A stretch of DNA of 60,027 bases from a virus (lineage: Duplodnaviria > Caudoviricetes), in IMG/VR virus record IMGVR_UViG_3300032315_000413, positions 1 through 60,027 of that record; one strand, written 5' to 3'. A program made the translations under genes and the position numbers. The notes under the pieces are model-generated. The model searched no databases. It had not been told where the DNA came from and saw only the letters and a program-made list of their open reading frames with translations. Positions 35,118 through 45,090 of this stretch are shown piece by piece. Numbering within the stretch: position 1 is the first letter of the stretch; every line of letters starts with the position of its first letter.

Positions 35118-36971
35118 CTACGCCTTCGGGGGCGGCAAGCCGCCCAGCTTCTTGCGATACTGGTCGCGCGTCGATGTCACGAGGTCGGCGAGCTTCTTGG
35201 CCCCAGCATTGCTGGAGCCGTCGCCGAGCGCCGCGACGACATCTGCCGGGATGACGTACTCGTCGATCGACAGCATCGCCGGGACGTCGTCGCTGCGCCC
35301 GTCGCCTTGACCGTGAACCTGCGTCCCCATGTTGTAGTGGTGCGGGTTGTTCCCCGGCTCGAGTGATCCGAGGCCACCCATCGCCATGTTTTGGCGTTGC
35401 ACCGCTGGCATCGCCTCATATCGCGACCACGGGTCGTAGCCGAGTTGGTCAGCGTCGGCGTTGACGCGGTCCCACGGCTCGATGCGGTAACGCTCGTCGT
35501 TCAGCCCGCCGCTGGCAAACTTGCGCGGCTGCTGACGCGCGAGGCCACCCATCGCGTAGAGTGCTTGCATGAATTGGTCGCTGTTCATGTCGTCTGCTCC
35601 AATGCGCCCGCCGTTTGCTTCGCCGCCTGTACCGCCGCCGATGCCGTCGCCTGCGCCGGATGTGTTGCCACCGCCGTCAGTGCCCCCGCCGCCTGTCGGG
35701 CCTTCGCCGCCTGTCGGGCCTGTTGTCGTGTCCGTCGTGGTCGTGTCTGTCGTGGTCGTGTCCGTCGTGGTCGTGTCATCCGTCGTGCGTGCTTGGTCTG
35801 CGCGCTCACTAGCGTCCATTGCTGCGGCAGCATTTGCGGCAGCAGCTTCAGCCGCCGACCGCGCCGCCTCGCCGACTGTGCCGCCGCCATACGAGATACC
35901 GCCAATCGTGCTGCCGTTGTCCCAAGGTGTGACGCCTGTGTTAAGATAATCCGCAAAACTCTGCATCGTCGGGAAGTTGCCGTAGGCACCGGGAGTTGCG
36001 GCACCGTAGCCGTCAACGCTGCCGAGGCCACGGTCGATTGCGCGCGTGCCATATGCACCGCGCATGTCAGCCGCGAGTGCTGCTGCGGCATCGGCTTTAG
36101 CCTGTTCGCGGGCAGCGATCTGCGCCGCCGTCATGTTTTCTTCGGTGTTCGGCGCAACGTACCCACCCTTCGGGTCGAAAGATCCGCCAACACGCGAGCC
36201 GCCCCAGCCGCCAAGTTGACTGCCAAGGAAACCACCAATTGGACCGCCTAAGAGCGTACCAGCGATTCCGCCAAGAATGGAACCGCCCGTGCGGCCAATC
36301 GTTGCCCCGGCTGGCGCACCCGCTGCCGTTCGACCGAGAGCGCCACCGATAGCACTGCCAAGCGGCACCCCTGAAAGACCACCAATCACATTTCCAGCAA
36401 GACCAGCCATGCCGATGTCGGTCCCGACACCTGTGCCGCCCACGCCGTAGGTGCCGCCAAGGCCGGTGCCTGCAAAGCCGCCCCAGTCGGTGCTTGACGG
36501 CGTACCGCCAGCAGTCGCGTTGCTCCCGGTTCCGCCGTCGCCACCGCCATAGCCGGTGTTGATGTAGTAGCCATTGGCGTCCAGCGTCGGGCGGTTGGCG
36601 TTCGCAGCAGCCCCCGCATCGCTGCCAACACCGCTGCTGCCGTAGCCGCCAAGACCCGATCCACCACCAAGCGACCAACTGCCGCCGGGGCCAAGCGACC
36701 AGTTTCCAGCGGGTCCAAGCGTCCACTCACCCGTCGCGCCACTGCTCGCAGGAAGGCCAAAATTCGACCGCTGGATGCCTGCCGCGAGCGTCTGGCCGAC
36801 ATTGCCCCCAAGCATCGGCGATCGCCCCTGCAGGCGTCCCAAACCCTCGTAGTGCGAGCGCCCAGACGGCGACACGCCAAGATCCACCATCGAGCGCACA
36901 TCGGGATTGGCCGCGAGATAGTAGCCTTCGTCAAAACCGAGATTGCTGCTGGGGACGATCGTGCCGCTCAT
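35118..36971 (-). CDS. Gly-rich putative internal virion protein with C-terminal GDGRSDDVPAMLS..EYVIPADVV domain
   Basis: 617 aa; N-terminal FDEGYYLAANPDV repeat unit, glycine zippers, Thr/Asp repeats and a conserved C-terminal module. Confidence 0.75.
   Translation of the reverse strand: MSGTIVPSSNLGFDEGYYLAANPDVRSMVDLGVSPSGRSHYEGLGRLQGRSPMLGGNVGQTLAAGIQRSNFGLPASSGATGEWTLGPAGNWSLGPGGSWSLGGGSGLGGYGSSGVGSDAGAAANANRPTLDANGYYINTGYGGGDGGTGSNATAGGTPSSTDWGGFAGTGLGGTYGVGGTGVGTDIGMAGLAGNVIGGLSGVPLGSAIGGALGRTAAGAPAGATIGRTGGSILGGIAGTLLGGPIGGFLGSQLGGWGGSRVGGSFDPKGGYVAPNTEENMTAAQIAAREQAKADAAAALAADMRGAYGTRAIDRGLGSVDGYGAATPGAYGNFPTMQSFADYLNTGVTPWDNGSTIGGISYGGGTVGEAARSAAEAAAANAAAAMDASERADQARTTDDTTTTDTTTTDTTTTDTTTGPTGGEGPTGGGGTDGGGNTSGAGDGIGGGTGGEANGGRIGADDMNSDQFMQALYAMGGLARQQPRKFASGGLNDERYRIEPWDRVNADADQLGYDPWSRYEAMPAVQRQNMAMGGLGSLEPGNNPHHYNMGTQVHGQGDGRSDDVPAMLSIDEYVIPADVVAALGDGSSNAGAKKLADLVTSTRDQYRKKLGGLPPPKA
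35725..35787. repeat. 15-bp tandem repeat encoding (DTTTT)x4
   Basis: GTCGTGTCYGTCGTG units. Confidence 0.85.
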
Positions 36972-37306
36972 GTCACCACCGATGCGTCAGTTACGCGCCG
37001 CCAGACTGTGCCGTCGCTATAGACCGGGACTGCCCCGCCGCTGGCATTGGAGCAGAACACAAGCCTTGCCCCGGCGTTCTGTGTCAGCGCAGGCTTGTAG
37101 CGATAGGTGCCGCTCGCCGTCAGATACCCGTTGAGGCCGCTCACCGTAGAGGGCACCAGCACGACCGCGTCGTTTTGCGTCAGGTTGTCGCGGTCGGCCT
37201 GTTGAATGTAGCGCTCCAAAGTCCGCACAAGTTCGTTCGCCCACTGTAAGAAGGCGGGCGGGATACCCTGATCGTCGGGCGGCAATGGGAGGCGCGGGAT
37301 CGTCAT
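36968..37306 (-). CDS. Small virion protein downstream of the nozzle gene
   Basis: LPLPP...NELVRTLERY and C-terminal VPVYSDGTVWRR motif. Confidence 0.7.
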   Translation of the reverse strand: MTIPRLPLPPDDQGIPPAFLQWANELVRTLERYIQQADRDNLTQNDAVVLVPSTVSGLNGYLTASGTYRYKPALTQNAGARLVFCSNASGGAVPVYSDGTVWRRVTDASVVT

Positions 37307-39627
37307 CGGTAGCCACCCCCTGTAATGTCAATGCGGCTCTTGCCGAGCCGGAAATAGTTGTTGCTCTGAATCGTCGCCGTCATCTGCCGTCCCTGCGCGC
37401 GAACGTCGGTCTTCTCAGTCGTCGGCGGGATCGCGTATGGGCCTTTAGCAGTGACAGGCCCATCCGGCCAACGCGACAAACCCATCGTCAGGTTCAGCGT
37501 GCCAGACTGGTTGGCGTTGACCACCCACCGCCGCACGTTCATGACCTTGTCGCCGTCGCCGATGTCGATCGGCCCCCAAGTAACGTAACGAGACAGCGTT
37601 GCGCCGTTCGCCGCGTCGGAGTTTTCCATGTAGAAGAGGGTGCCGCTGCCGTTGGTCGTGAGGGGAAAGTCGATCAACCCTCGATCCAAAGCAGCCGTCA
37701 CTGCGGCAGTTCCGACCGACCATCCGGCATTTCCATCCGCAGAAGCCTCGGGCAGATCGAGGCGGATGTAACTGTCGTTTTCGTAGGCGGTCGCTGTCGC
37801 AGAGACACTAGGATAATACCATATTAGCGCGGGATACAGTGAGTCGTAAACCCCATAAATCTTGTAATTTTGGTCGGTCGCTAGATTTCCAGCAAAGAAC
37901 TTTTTAACCGGCGAGGGCAGCGGGCGCGGAGATCCACCGTTGTAGATGTACGGCAGGAACGACGAAGTGATCCAATACGCCGTGCCATCCTGCTCGATGG
38001 CCGCGTTCGGACCCGCGAGGCCGCAGCCCTGCCCAAGCATGTCGATGGTGTACGGGTTGTCCTGCTGGCCGGTGTAGCGCAGAAAATACATCGCATAGTC
38101 GGACCATCCGAAGATGCCCGAGCGCGACTTTTTGAGGCCGACCATGATCGAGCCGATGGTCGCTGTGAAGCCGCCCGCGAGATTGGTGGCGCTCGGCACC
38201 CACTGCGTGATGTCGCCGTTCAATCCGCCGTCCGAGTTGCGGAAGCGCATCGGCGCGTAGGTATTGCGCCGGTAGAAGCCGGACGAGCCGCCGCCCGAGC
38301 CAGTGACGTTGGCTGGTCCCGACATCGCGATCTGGATCGTCGTTGGGCCAAGCGCCGCCGTCACATAATAGTTGTTGATGACGTTCACGCCGCCGACTGC
38401 TGTTAGCCCTTGGATCGCGATCTCGTCGCCCGCGACCCAGCCGTCGGCAGGCACGGTCACGTTAACGATCGGCGAGCCGCTCGTCGTCGCAATAGGTGCC
38501 GCATTGCTAAACGACGTCAACGCGCCAAGCTGCGTCGTGCCGCACGCCATGATAAAGCGTTCATTGGTAAAGACCGTGTAGGCATTGCGCTGCGGGCCGG
38601 TATCCATGCGTGCCGCGCGCTGCGACCAGTTTTGCGTCCAAGTGTAGATGGCCCCGCCAAGCGGCGTGGCGATGAGCTGCGAGCCGTTGTTGTCCAATGC
38701 CCAGATACGGGTGTTGATTGTGTCTGGTGCCGCGACGCTGTTGAGGCCAAACAGACCTGAGCCGTAGTCGCCCGAGCCGAAGCCGCCGCCTGCACCCTGC
38801 GAGTTATTGAGACCAGATTTAAGTTCAAAGCGATACGCGATGTTGAACCCGCCGCCGCTGCCGGTCGCGTTGGCGTTGGTGCGCGACAGAACTTGGAACG
38901 TGTCCGCGCTCGGCACCGCCGTCACGACGTAGGGCTTGCCAATGCTGTAGGTTGGCGTACCGCCACCTTGGCCGGTTGCAGTTGGACGCGCGTTGTGGTA
39001 GACGTAGAAGTTGCTCGCGTCCGTAACAGACGTCATGTAGATGCCCGACAGCGTCACCCCGTTGATGGCGGTCGCTCCCGAGATTACGATCTCATCGCCG
39101 CTGCTCATCGAATGGCTCGAGAGTGTGCAGAGAACGCGGTTGGTGCCAGCCAGAACATAGAACGGATTGCTGCTGAACGATCCACTGCCACCGCTCAGGC
39201 GCACGTTGTTGAACGTCGTGTCACCGCGAATGACGACCGTGTCGCCGGTCGCCGCTTGGTGGTTCGTGCAAGTGATCGTGACGTTGCCCGAGCCGGTCGA
39301 AGTTGCAATGGGGCCAGAGCCGGTCAGCACGCCATTGCAGCGTTCCGGCGTGATGTTGTAGAGCGTGCCGTCCGCGAAGACCTGCAACTTCGTGCTGGTG
39401 CCGATCGCCGCGTAAATGTTGCCCGCCGTGTCGGCCCAAGAGAACAGCCCGCGCGCGATGCCGCTAAACGTACTGCCGTCGTTCACCGCAGCCGTGTACC
39501 CGCCCAGCGACTGCGCCTTGCCGCGCACCCAGCGAATCCACTGGGTGTCGGTGGCGTAGCCTTCCGCCGCGTAGGCAGGGTCGTCTTTGACGACCCCCGG
39601 CTTGTATGGGACGTCGGTCAGCGCCAT
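37303..39627 (-). CDS. Tail nozzle / tail tubular protein B-like with inserted FCCH-like beta domains
   Basis: KPGVVKD, IRW..G.AQSLGG, GCGLAGPNA and DVRAQGRQ..FRLG motifs; three TxxxH...GD.xxI.G repeats. Confidence 0.8.
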   Translation of the reverse strand: MALTDVPYKPGVVKDDPAYAAEGYATDTQWIRWVRGKAQSLGGYTAAVNDGSTFSGIARGLFSWADTAGNIYAAIGTSTKLQVFADGTLYNITPERCNGVLTGSGPIATSTGSGNVTITCTNHQAATGDTVVIRGDTTFNNVRLSGGSGSFSSNPFYVLAGTNRVLCTLSSHSMSSGDEIVISGATAINGVTLSGIYMTSVTDASNFYVYHNARPTATGQGGGTPTYSIGKPYVVTAVPSADTFQVLSRTNANATGSGGGFNIAYRFELKSGLNNSQGAGGGFGSGDYGSGLFGLNSVAAPDTINTRIWALDNNGSQLIATPLGGAIYTWTQNWSQRAARMDTGPQRNAYTVFTNERFIMACGTTQLGALTSFSNAAPIATTSGSPIVNVTVPADGWVAGDEIAIQGLTAVGGVNVINNYYVTAALGPTTIQIAMSGPANVTGSGGGSSGFYRRNTYAPMRFRNSDGGLNGDITQWVPSATNLAGGFTATIGSIMVGLKKSRSGIFGWSDYAMYFLRYTGQQDNPYTIDMLGQGCGLAGPNAAIEQDGTAYWITSSFLPYIYNGGSPRPLPSPVKKFFAGNLATDQNYKIYGVYDSLYPALIWYYPSVSATATAYENDSYIRLDLPEASADGNAGWSVGTAAVTAALDRGLIDFPLTTNGSGTLFYMENSDAANGATLSRYVTWGPIDIGDGDKVMNVRRWVVNANQSGTLNLTMGLSRWPDGPVTAKGPYAIPPTTEKTDVRAQGRQMTATIQSNNYFRLGKSRIDITGGGYR

Positions 39628-40115
39628 GCTGCACCCACCAGCGCAAGACCCATCAGCAGCCCCGTGCAGAGCTCCGCGCGCTCTGTCCAGTCTGTGCCGA
39701 AGCGCCGTCCGAACGGTTTGTTGATCGCGTATGCAGCGACAGCGAGCGCGCCGATTGGCGCAAACCACAGCACCTCGAAATTGAAGGCGGCGAGAGGCGC
39801 GATGGAGATTGACGCGACGACTAAACCCCACAGCGCAAGGAACAGGTGATCTCGGCCCGGCTGCTCAAGACCCATGCTCTCGTCGAAGTAACCCAGCGTC
39901 ATGGCGACGTAGATCGACGGCCACAGCACGATCATTGAAGGATCAAACCAAACAACCAACGGTGCCGCCATCAACAACGCGCAAACGATGCGGGTGACGG
40001 TTGTCCCCGGCTCGACAAAGAACAGCTTGCGGACGATGGCACCGAACCCGCCGCCACGCAGCGTCCAGACGTAGCCGCACCAGACGACGTAGAGGGATGC
40101 AAGCGCGTAAGTCAT
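39618..40115 (-). CDS. Multi-pass membrane protein
   Basis: Four to five hydrophobic helices; LRGGG and AELCTG motifs. Confidence 0.7.
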   Translation of the reverse strand: MTYALASLYVVWCGYVWTLRGGGFGAIVRKLFFVEPGTTVTRIVCALLMAAPLVVWFDPSMIVLWPSIYVAMTLGYFDESMGLEQPGRDHLFLALWGLVVASISIAPLAAFNFEVLWFAPIGALAVAAYAINKPFGRRFGTDWTERAELCTGLLMGLALVGAAWR

Positions 40116-40423
40116 AGCTGGCCCCGCAGCGTCGCGATCTGCGCGTCCACAGCCGTCAGCCAATCACGGCCTTCTTGCGTCAGGATTGCTTCGCGCTTGC
40201 GGCGCTCGGTGATCGTGGCTTCAAGGGCTAGGATTTGCGAAGTGATGCTTGGCGTGGGAGGCACGACGGGGGGCAACAGCGCAAACTGCCCGCCTTCGTA
40301 TTTGTGCGTCTGCGGCGTCACATCGTCGGCACACTCGATCCATGCGAGCGGGGGTGTGACTTCAAACGGTTGCGCTTCGACTTGGAACACGCGGGTATGG
40401 TCGGGATGTGTCAGTGCAAACAT
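40112..40423 (-). CDS. Tail fibre assembly/chaperone-like protein
   Basis: FEVTPPLAWIECADDV..YEGGQF and ILALEA.IT.RR.REA motifs; follows a fibre gene. Confidence 0.6.
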   Translation of the reverse strand: MFALTHPDHTRVFQVEAQPFEVTPPLAWIECADDVTPQTHKYEGGQFALLPPVVPPTPSITSQILALEATITERRKREAILTQEGRDWLTAVDAQIATLRGQL

Positions 40424-40432
40424 GCGTGCCTC

Positions 40433-41008
40433 CTATTCGATCCACTCAACTTGAACAGCGCCGGAGCCGGGGTTGCCGTTGTTGGTTGAGCCTGCTGCGC
40501 CAATCGTGACAGTAATAGACTGCCCCGGCGTGACGGGAACGAGACCTGCGCCGAAGCCGCCTTGCCCAGCGCGCGTAGCTGGTGCGCCAGCCAACAGGAC
40601 AAACCCGCTAGAAAAAGGAGAAGCACCAGCGCTTCCGCCCGCCGGGCTAATGCCAGAGATAAAAATTCCACCCGCCGCGTTTGTCGGCGTTGCGTTGGCG
40701 TTGTTGCTGCGAGGGTTGACAACAGAATTGGCGAATGTCGCGACCCCGTTTGACGCCGCCGTGGGGGGCGATGCCGCCACGCCGCCCGCGCCTCCGGTGC
40801 AGGAAATGAATGAGCCGAAGCTACTTGTCCCCCCCGCGCCTCCGTTAGATACGTCGTCCGTGCCGCCGCCACCACCAGCAACAACCGTTGCTGTGACCCA
40901 CGCTACATTGGCGGGGACAGTAAATGTCCCAGTCGAAACGAACGTGCGGCGATTTAGCCGCATCGGATATGGCACGCCTGTCGGAGGGGCGAAAATTCCG
41001 TTGTTCAC
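40433..41008 (-). CDS. Gly-rich tail fibre domain protein
   Basis: TGTFTVPANV...VVAGGGGG, GGAGGTSSFG and VTPGQSITVTIGAAG motifs. Confidence 0.75.
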   Translation of the reverse strand: MNNGIFAPPTGVPYPMRLNRRTFVSTGTFTVPANVAWVTATVVAGGGGGTDDVSNGGAGGTSSFGSFISCTGGAGGVAASPPTAASNGVATFANSVVNPRSNNANATPTNAAGGIFISGISPAGGSAGASPFSSGFVLLAGAPATRAGQGGFGAGLVPVTPGQSITVTIGAAGSTNNGNPGSGAVQVEWIE

Positions 41009-41028
41009 AGCAGCACCTGTCTTTCAGA

Positions 41029-41424
41029 TCAGAGGTCTGCGTACTCGCAGTCGATGTTTGTTGCTTGCGCAATTGCACCAGAGACGCGAAGGAGTGTCCC
41101 CGAAGATTGAAGGACGACGCCCGCAAGTGCCGGCACCTCGGAATACTGCCCAAGGACAGTTGCGCTGACGGTCGATGCAGAGAGCAGGACGTCGCACAAA
41201 AAGCGGTTGGTCGATCCGCTGTCGGTGCTGATGTAAAACCGAATGGAGTTTGCGAGGCCGGTTCCGACAGCGCCGGTTACGGCAACGCGACGAATGCGGC
41301 GACCGTTTGCGGTTCCGGCAACTACCGTGACGATCGTACCTGTGCCGTCGATGTTTGTGTTTGACGAGGACGTCTGGACGTTGGTACGTCCCGGCGTCGC
41401 AGCATATTGGGGTGCGGTAGCCAT
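41029..41424 (-). CDS. Virion structural protein
   Basis: Beta-rich Thr/Ser/Ala protein within the tail module. Confidence 0.65.
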   Translation of the reverse strand: MATAPQYAATPGRTNVQTSSSNTNIDGTGTIVTVVAGTANGRRIRRVAVTGAVGTGLANSIRFYISTDSGSTNRFLCDVLLSASTVSATVLGQYSEVPALAGVVLQSSGTLLRVSGAIAQATNIDCEYADL

Positions 41425-42761
41425 TAGATCACTCCTGCGTTCATAATGAGGAAGTCTTGATAAGTCGATGCAGAGGCGGAGGTTCCGACTGCCGCGCCTG
41501 TCGCGCGGGTGTAGACGACGACTGTCGCTTGGCTGGTCGTGTCTGCGCGCACGATGGCGCGGTCGCCTTCAGCGGTTGTAATGTTCGCGCCGCTGTTTGG
41601 CAAGACCATCAAGCCTGCCGATTGCGTCAGCACATTGACGCCGGTAAACACCAGCGTGCGCGTGCCTCCCGCTTGCGGGGCGGTGCCGAAGTTCAGGATC
41701 GTCCCCGAACCTGTGACGTACATGTAGTTGCCGCTCGTCGTCCAAATATTGGTAGACGATGCCGACAGAACATCCGGTCCGCGCAACTCTTCGATGGCTC
41801 CGAGCAGCGAGCCGCCCGTGATACCACCTGTTGCGCCGGTCGCACCTGTTGCTCCCGTTGAGCCAGTTGCACCTGTAAGCCCAATTGGCCCTGCATCGCC
41901 CGTGCGAGAGTAAAGCAGAATGACGTTAGCGGCATTCGTCAGCGGATTGGCAAATGAAATTGAGTTTAGCGCCACGTTCAGCTTGCGGTATGTACCCGTG
42001 CCGGAAACGCTCGTGACGTTGTAGATGACCCAATCGGTTGCTGCTGCCGCCTCGCGGATGACAAGCTGCCCGCGATTGTTCGACTGCGTGCTGAGTGCAA
42101 GACTGTCAAGCCACGCGGCATTGTTGCCGCCGTTTCCCGCCGTCGTCGAGACGTAGATCGCGATGGCCGCACTTTGCGTTGAGGTATCGAGCTTGAGGAT
42201 GCCAGCACCGGGGTCGCTGTCGCCGGTCGCGGTGCTGAAGGCGTAGCTGAAGAAGCCGCTCGCAGCCGGAACGATGCCGTCAACGTAGTTCTTGGTGGCG
42301 GCATCGCTGGCGACTGCCGGATCGACGAGATTGGTGATGCGCCCGCTCGCCGTGTAGGACGGCGTAAGCTGGAACGCATCCGTGCCATCGGTGTAGTAAA
42401 ACGCGCGCGAGAGCGACGGCACGGTCGCCTGCACGCCGCCAGTTACGCCCCACGTAACGGTCTGGCCGGTTGTCGTGTTGCGGATGGCCGTCATCTTGCG
42501 CCGCGCTGGGGCGACGATCGTCATGCCCGTACCGAGCGTGCCGGTGATCAACAAGCCTGCTGCGATTGCTTCCGCCGTGCTATCGTAGTCGGTGTTCGTC
42601 AGCGTGTAGGTGCCACCAGTCGAGGTGAGCGTGGCGAAGCGCGTCGTCGCTGCGTCGAAGATGTCGAGGTTCGCGTTGAGGTACGGGTCGCCCCAGACGT
42701 TGGAGTTCGACGCAAGCGACTGCTTGCGCGCACGGAGGGACGTTGTTGGGGTATCAGGCAT
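41424..42761 (-). CDS. Tail fibre protein with collagen-like segment
   Basis: N-terminal anchor (WG...NANL..FD), ITNLVDP...DAATKNYVD and (G-x-T)n repeats. Confidence 0.8.
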   Translation of the reverse strand: MPDTPTTSLRARKQSLASNSNVWGDPYLNANLDIFDAATTRFATLTSTGGTYTLTNTDYDSTAEAIAAGLLITGTLGTGMTIVAPARRKMTAIRNTTTGQTVTWGVTGGVQATVPSLSRAFYYTDGTDAFQLTPSYTASGRITNLVDPAVASDAATKNYVDGIVPAASGFFSYAFSTATGDSDPGAGILKLDTSTQSAAIAIYVSTTAGNGGNNAAWLDSLALSTQSNNRGQLVIREAAAATDWVIYNVTSVSGTGTYRKLNVALNSISFANPLTNAANVILLYSRTGDAGPIGLTGATGSTGATGATGATGGITGGSLLGAIEELRGPDVLSASSTNIWTTSGNYMYVTGSGTILNFGTAPQAGGTRTLVFTGVNVLTQSAGLMVLPNSGANITTAEGDRAIVRADTTSQATVVVYTRATGAAVGTSASASTYQDFLIMNAGVI

Positions 42762-42771
42762 CGGTTACTCC

Positions 42772-43380
42772 TCAACCATCTTTGGCGTACGTGCCCTGCT
42801 GGGCATTGATCGCTGCGATGCCTTCTTTGTATCGCGCCGTGTAGACCGCAATCAGGCCTGCCTGCCTGTCGTCCATGACAAACCTTGCTCCGTCGGAGAG
42901 ACACGCTGCCAGCAGCGTGTCGTAGCAATTGGCGCTCAGATAGTTTGAGCTGTTGGTCGAGCTAAGATACGCCAGCCGCTTCTTGTATTGGATCGTGTAG
43001 AAGTACGCGTCATTCGGTGTCGGTGCTGTCATGAACGTGTTTTCGTTCAAGACACCGTAGTAGATCGGGACTGCCGTCTGCGACTGCTGCGGCCAGAATT
43101 GCTCAAGGTAGCCGCGATCGCGATAGTTGAGCGACACCAGACCCGATGCCGTCAAGATGGTCATGCCGCGCAGCATTAAAATATCGGACGGACGCGACAC
43201 TGAAATGCTGCTCTGTGTCAACGTACCCGACGTCGTGCCGAATAGCTCCGCGATCGTTAAATCGCGGAGCATCGTGTCCTGCGCGTTGGTGATGATCGTC
43301 GGGAGATTGTTGGCAAGCTCCGTCGAATCGTTTTCCAAGAACGCAGGAATGTCGGTCAACAGTGTCGCGTATGTTCCCAT
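42772..43380 (-). CDS. Head-tail adaptor / tail tubular protein A-like
   Basis: TYATL..DI..FLE, P.II..AQ, PIYY and APTP...Y...YK motifs. Confidence 0.75.
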   Translation of the reverse strand: MGTYATLLTDIPAFLENDSTELANNLPTIITNAQDTMLRDLTIAELFGTTSGTLTQSSISVSRPSDILMLRGMTILTASGLVSLNYRDRGYLEQFWPQQSQTAVPIYYGVLNENTFMTAPTPNDAYFYTIQYKKRLAYLSSTNSSNYLSANCYDTLLAACLSDGARFVMDDRQAGLIAVYTARYKEGIAAINAQQGTYAKDG

Positions 43381-43382
43381 CG

Positions 43383-44786
43383 CTACTCAGCCGCCTTCTG
43401 CTGCGGAATCTCTTCCGGCTTGCGGCTGTACTGCGCTTCGGCCATGCGATCCATCAACATATCGTGCATGCGCCCGTAGAACGTCTTCTGGCCTTGGTGG
43501 CCAAGCATGATCATCTGGTCAATCCAGACATCTTCGCCCAGCGCGCGCCAGCGTTGGCAGAAGGTGTAATCCTCCGACCAAAGCTCAGGTGCGCCGTCTG
43601 GCCCTGTCGGCTGATTGGTGAATTGGAACAGATGCGGGAAAGTTTTGCCGCTTGCGCGGTCGCGCCAGCGCAGGCTTGGATACGCCTCCAGCATCTTCTC
43701 GACGCAGCGACGCGAGATAAGCATCATGCCGGTGCCGACCTCGTTGACGGCCAGCAGGCCCGTCTCCATGCACTGTTTGATCTCAGTGATGTTGACGCAG
43801 AACGTCGGCGGGCCTTCGGTCTTGCGGACGCCAACCGCCGCCACGACGTCCTTGTTGTGGCCGAGTAGCTTTATGACGTCGGAGCCTGCCCAGCCCATGT
43901 CGGCGTCGATGAACAGCAAGTGTGTCGCCGGAGAATCGATGAATTCCTGCAACATGATGTTGCGGGCCTTCTCGATGCTGCTCTCGTTCGGGATCGTGCG
44001 GTACTGGAACGCGATGCCCGCACCGAGCAGGCGCGGGATGGTATCGACCATGCCGTGCAGGTAGATGTCGTCGAGCTTGCCGCCGTAGGCCGGGGTCGCG
44101 ATGAACAGCACCATTTCCTTGAGCTTGTTGGCGCGCGCACCGCCGAGCTTCTCAAGCGAAGCCTCAAGGTCCGTCTTGAACCAATTCTCGAACGCGATCT
44201 TGTCCGGCTCGAGGTGCTTGAAGGATTCTTGGTAGCTGGCATCGACCTTGCCGGTGACGCCGTGGTGGTCGTGCCGCACAAGGTACGCCATGAGGCAGCG
44301 CCACTTGCCGGTCGTGCGTCCCAGCGTCTCCCACACGTCGTCGATGTACATGTGGTTGAAGCCCTCGGGGAACCACCAGCCGAGCTTTTCCAGCATCGGG
44401 CCTGCCCAGACGGTCGCGCTGTGCATGCGGTGCGGTGCCTGCCAGCCGTCATTGCACGAGGCGATGCCGTCTTCGCCCGCCGCCTCGACGAGCGCCTTGT
44501 CCCAGCCGGAAGTAACCGGCACGTTGTCGTCGCAGAGCTGTCCGTACCACGGCAGGCCGGGGAACTCCTTGAAGCACCAGCGCACGGCGGCACCCATCGT
44601 CATGTCGGACGGCAGGCGGATCATTGACCAGCCCTCGGGCAGGAACGCGAGGCACTCGTCGTATTCTGCAGGCTGGTCGCCGCCATTGACGACGACGATG
44701 CCGGGGGTCGTGACGCCGGTCGCAATGCACGCCTTGAGCGTCTCAAGGCAACGGTCGGGACGTTTATGGGTGATCAGGAACCACAT
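43383..44786 (-). CDS. Two-domain GT-A glycosyltransferase
   Basis: Domain 1: CDDNVP..SGWD, HMYIDD. Domain 2: IATPAY, ARN, THLLFIDADM, GTGMMLI, SEDYTFC, GHQG. Confidence 0.85.
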   Translation of the reverse strand: MWFLITHKRPDRCLETLKACIATGVTTPGIVVVNGGDQPAEYDECLAFLPEGWSMIRLPSDMTMGAAVRWCFKEFPGLPWYGQLCDDNVPVTSGWDKALVEAAGEDGIASCNDGWQAPHRMHSATVWAGPMLEKLGWWFPEGFNHMYIDDVWETLGRTTGKWRCLMAYLVRHDHHGVTGKVDASYQESFKHLEPDKIAFENWFKTDLEASLEKLGGARANKLKEMVLFIATPAYGGKLDDIYLHGMVDTIPRLLGAGIAFQYRTIPNESSIEKARNIMLQEFIDSPATHLLFIDADMGWAGSDVIKLLGHNKDVVAAVGVRKTEGPPTFCVNITEIKQCMETGLLAVNEVGTGMMLISRRCVEKMLEAYPSLRWRDRASGKTFPHLFQFTNQPTGPDGAPELWSEDYTFCQRWRALGEDVWIDQMIMLGHQGQKTFYGRMHDMLMDRMAEAQYSRKPEEIPQQKAAE

Positions 44787-44802
44787 GGATTTTGCCTCTC
44801 CA

Positions 44803-45090
44803 TTAGGATGTTGAGCCGCCGACGTAGGACCAAGTGTAGCTCGACGTCGTACTGCCTGACGTCGTCGAGATGTCCGCGTCGGGGCGGGGGAACTGCAAAT
44901 TGATCGACTCCGGCTGCCTCGCCGCAAGCCGATACGGGTCGTACTCGTCTACGCAAGTGTTCCTGCAAACGCGCAGGGTGACCGTGTTTGGGTCAGTCGT
45001 CAGGTCGTCATAGTAACGCTTCATGCGGCAGCGGTCGCAAATCGCGATCGCCATTGTAGCCCCATTTCTCGGTGGAAGAAATAAGGTCAT
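44803..45090 (-). CDS. Conserved Cys-containing small phage protein
   Basis: AIAICDRC...LRVC...C.D..DP...PRPD motif. Confidence 0.75.
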   Translation of the reverse strand: MTLFLPPRNGATMAIAICDRCRMKRYYDDLTTDPNTVTLRVCRNTCVDEYDPYRLAARQPESINLQFPRPDADISTTSGSTTSSYTWSYVGGSTS

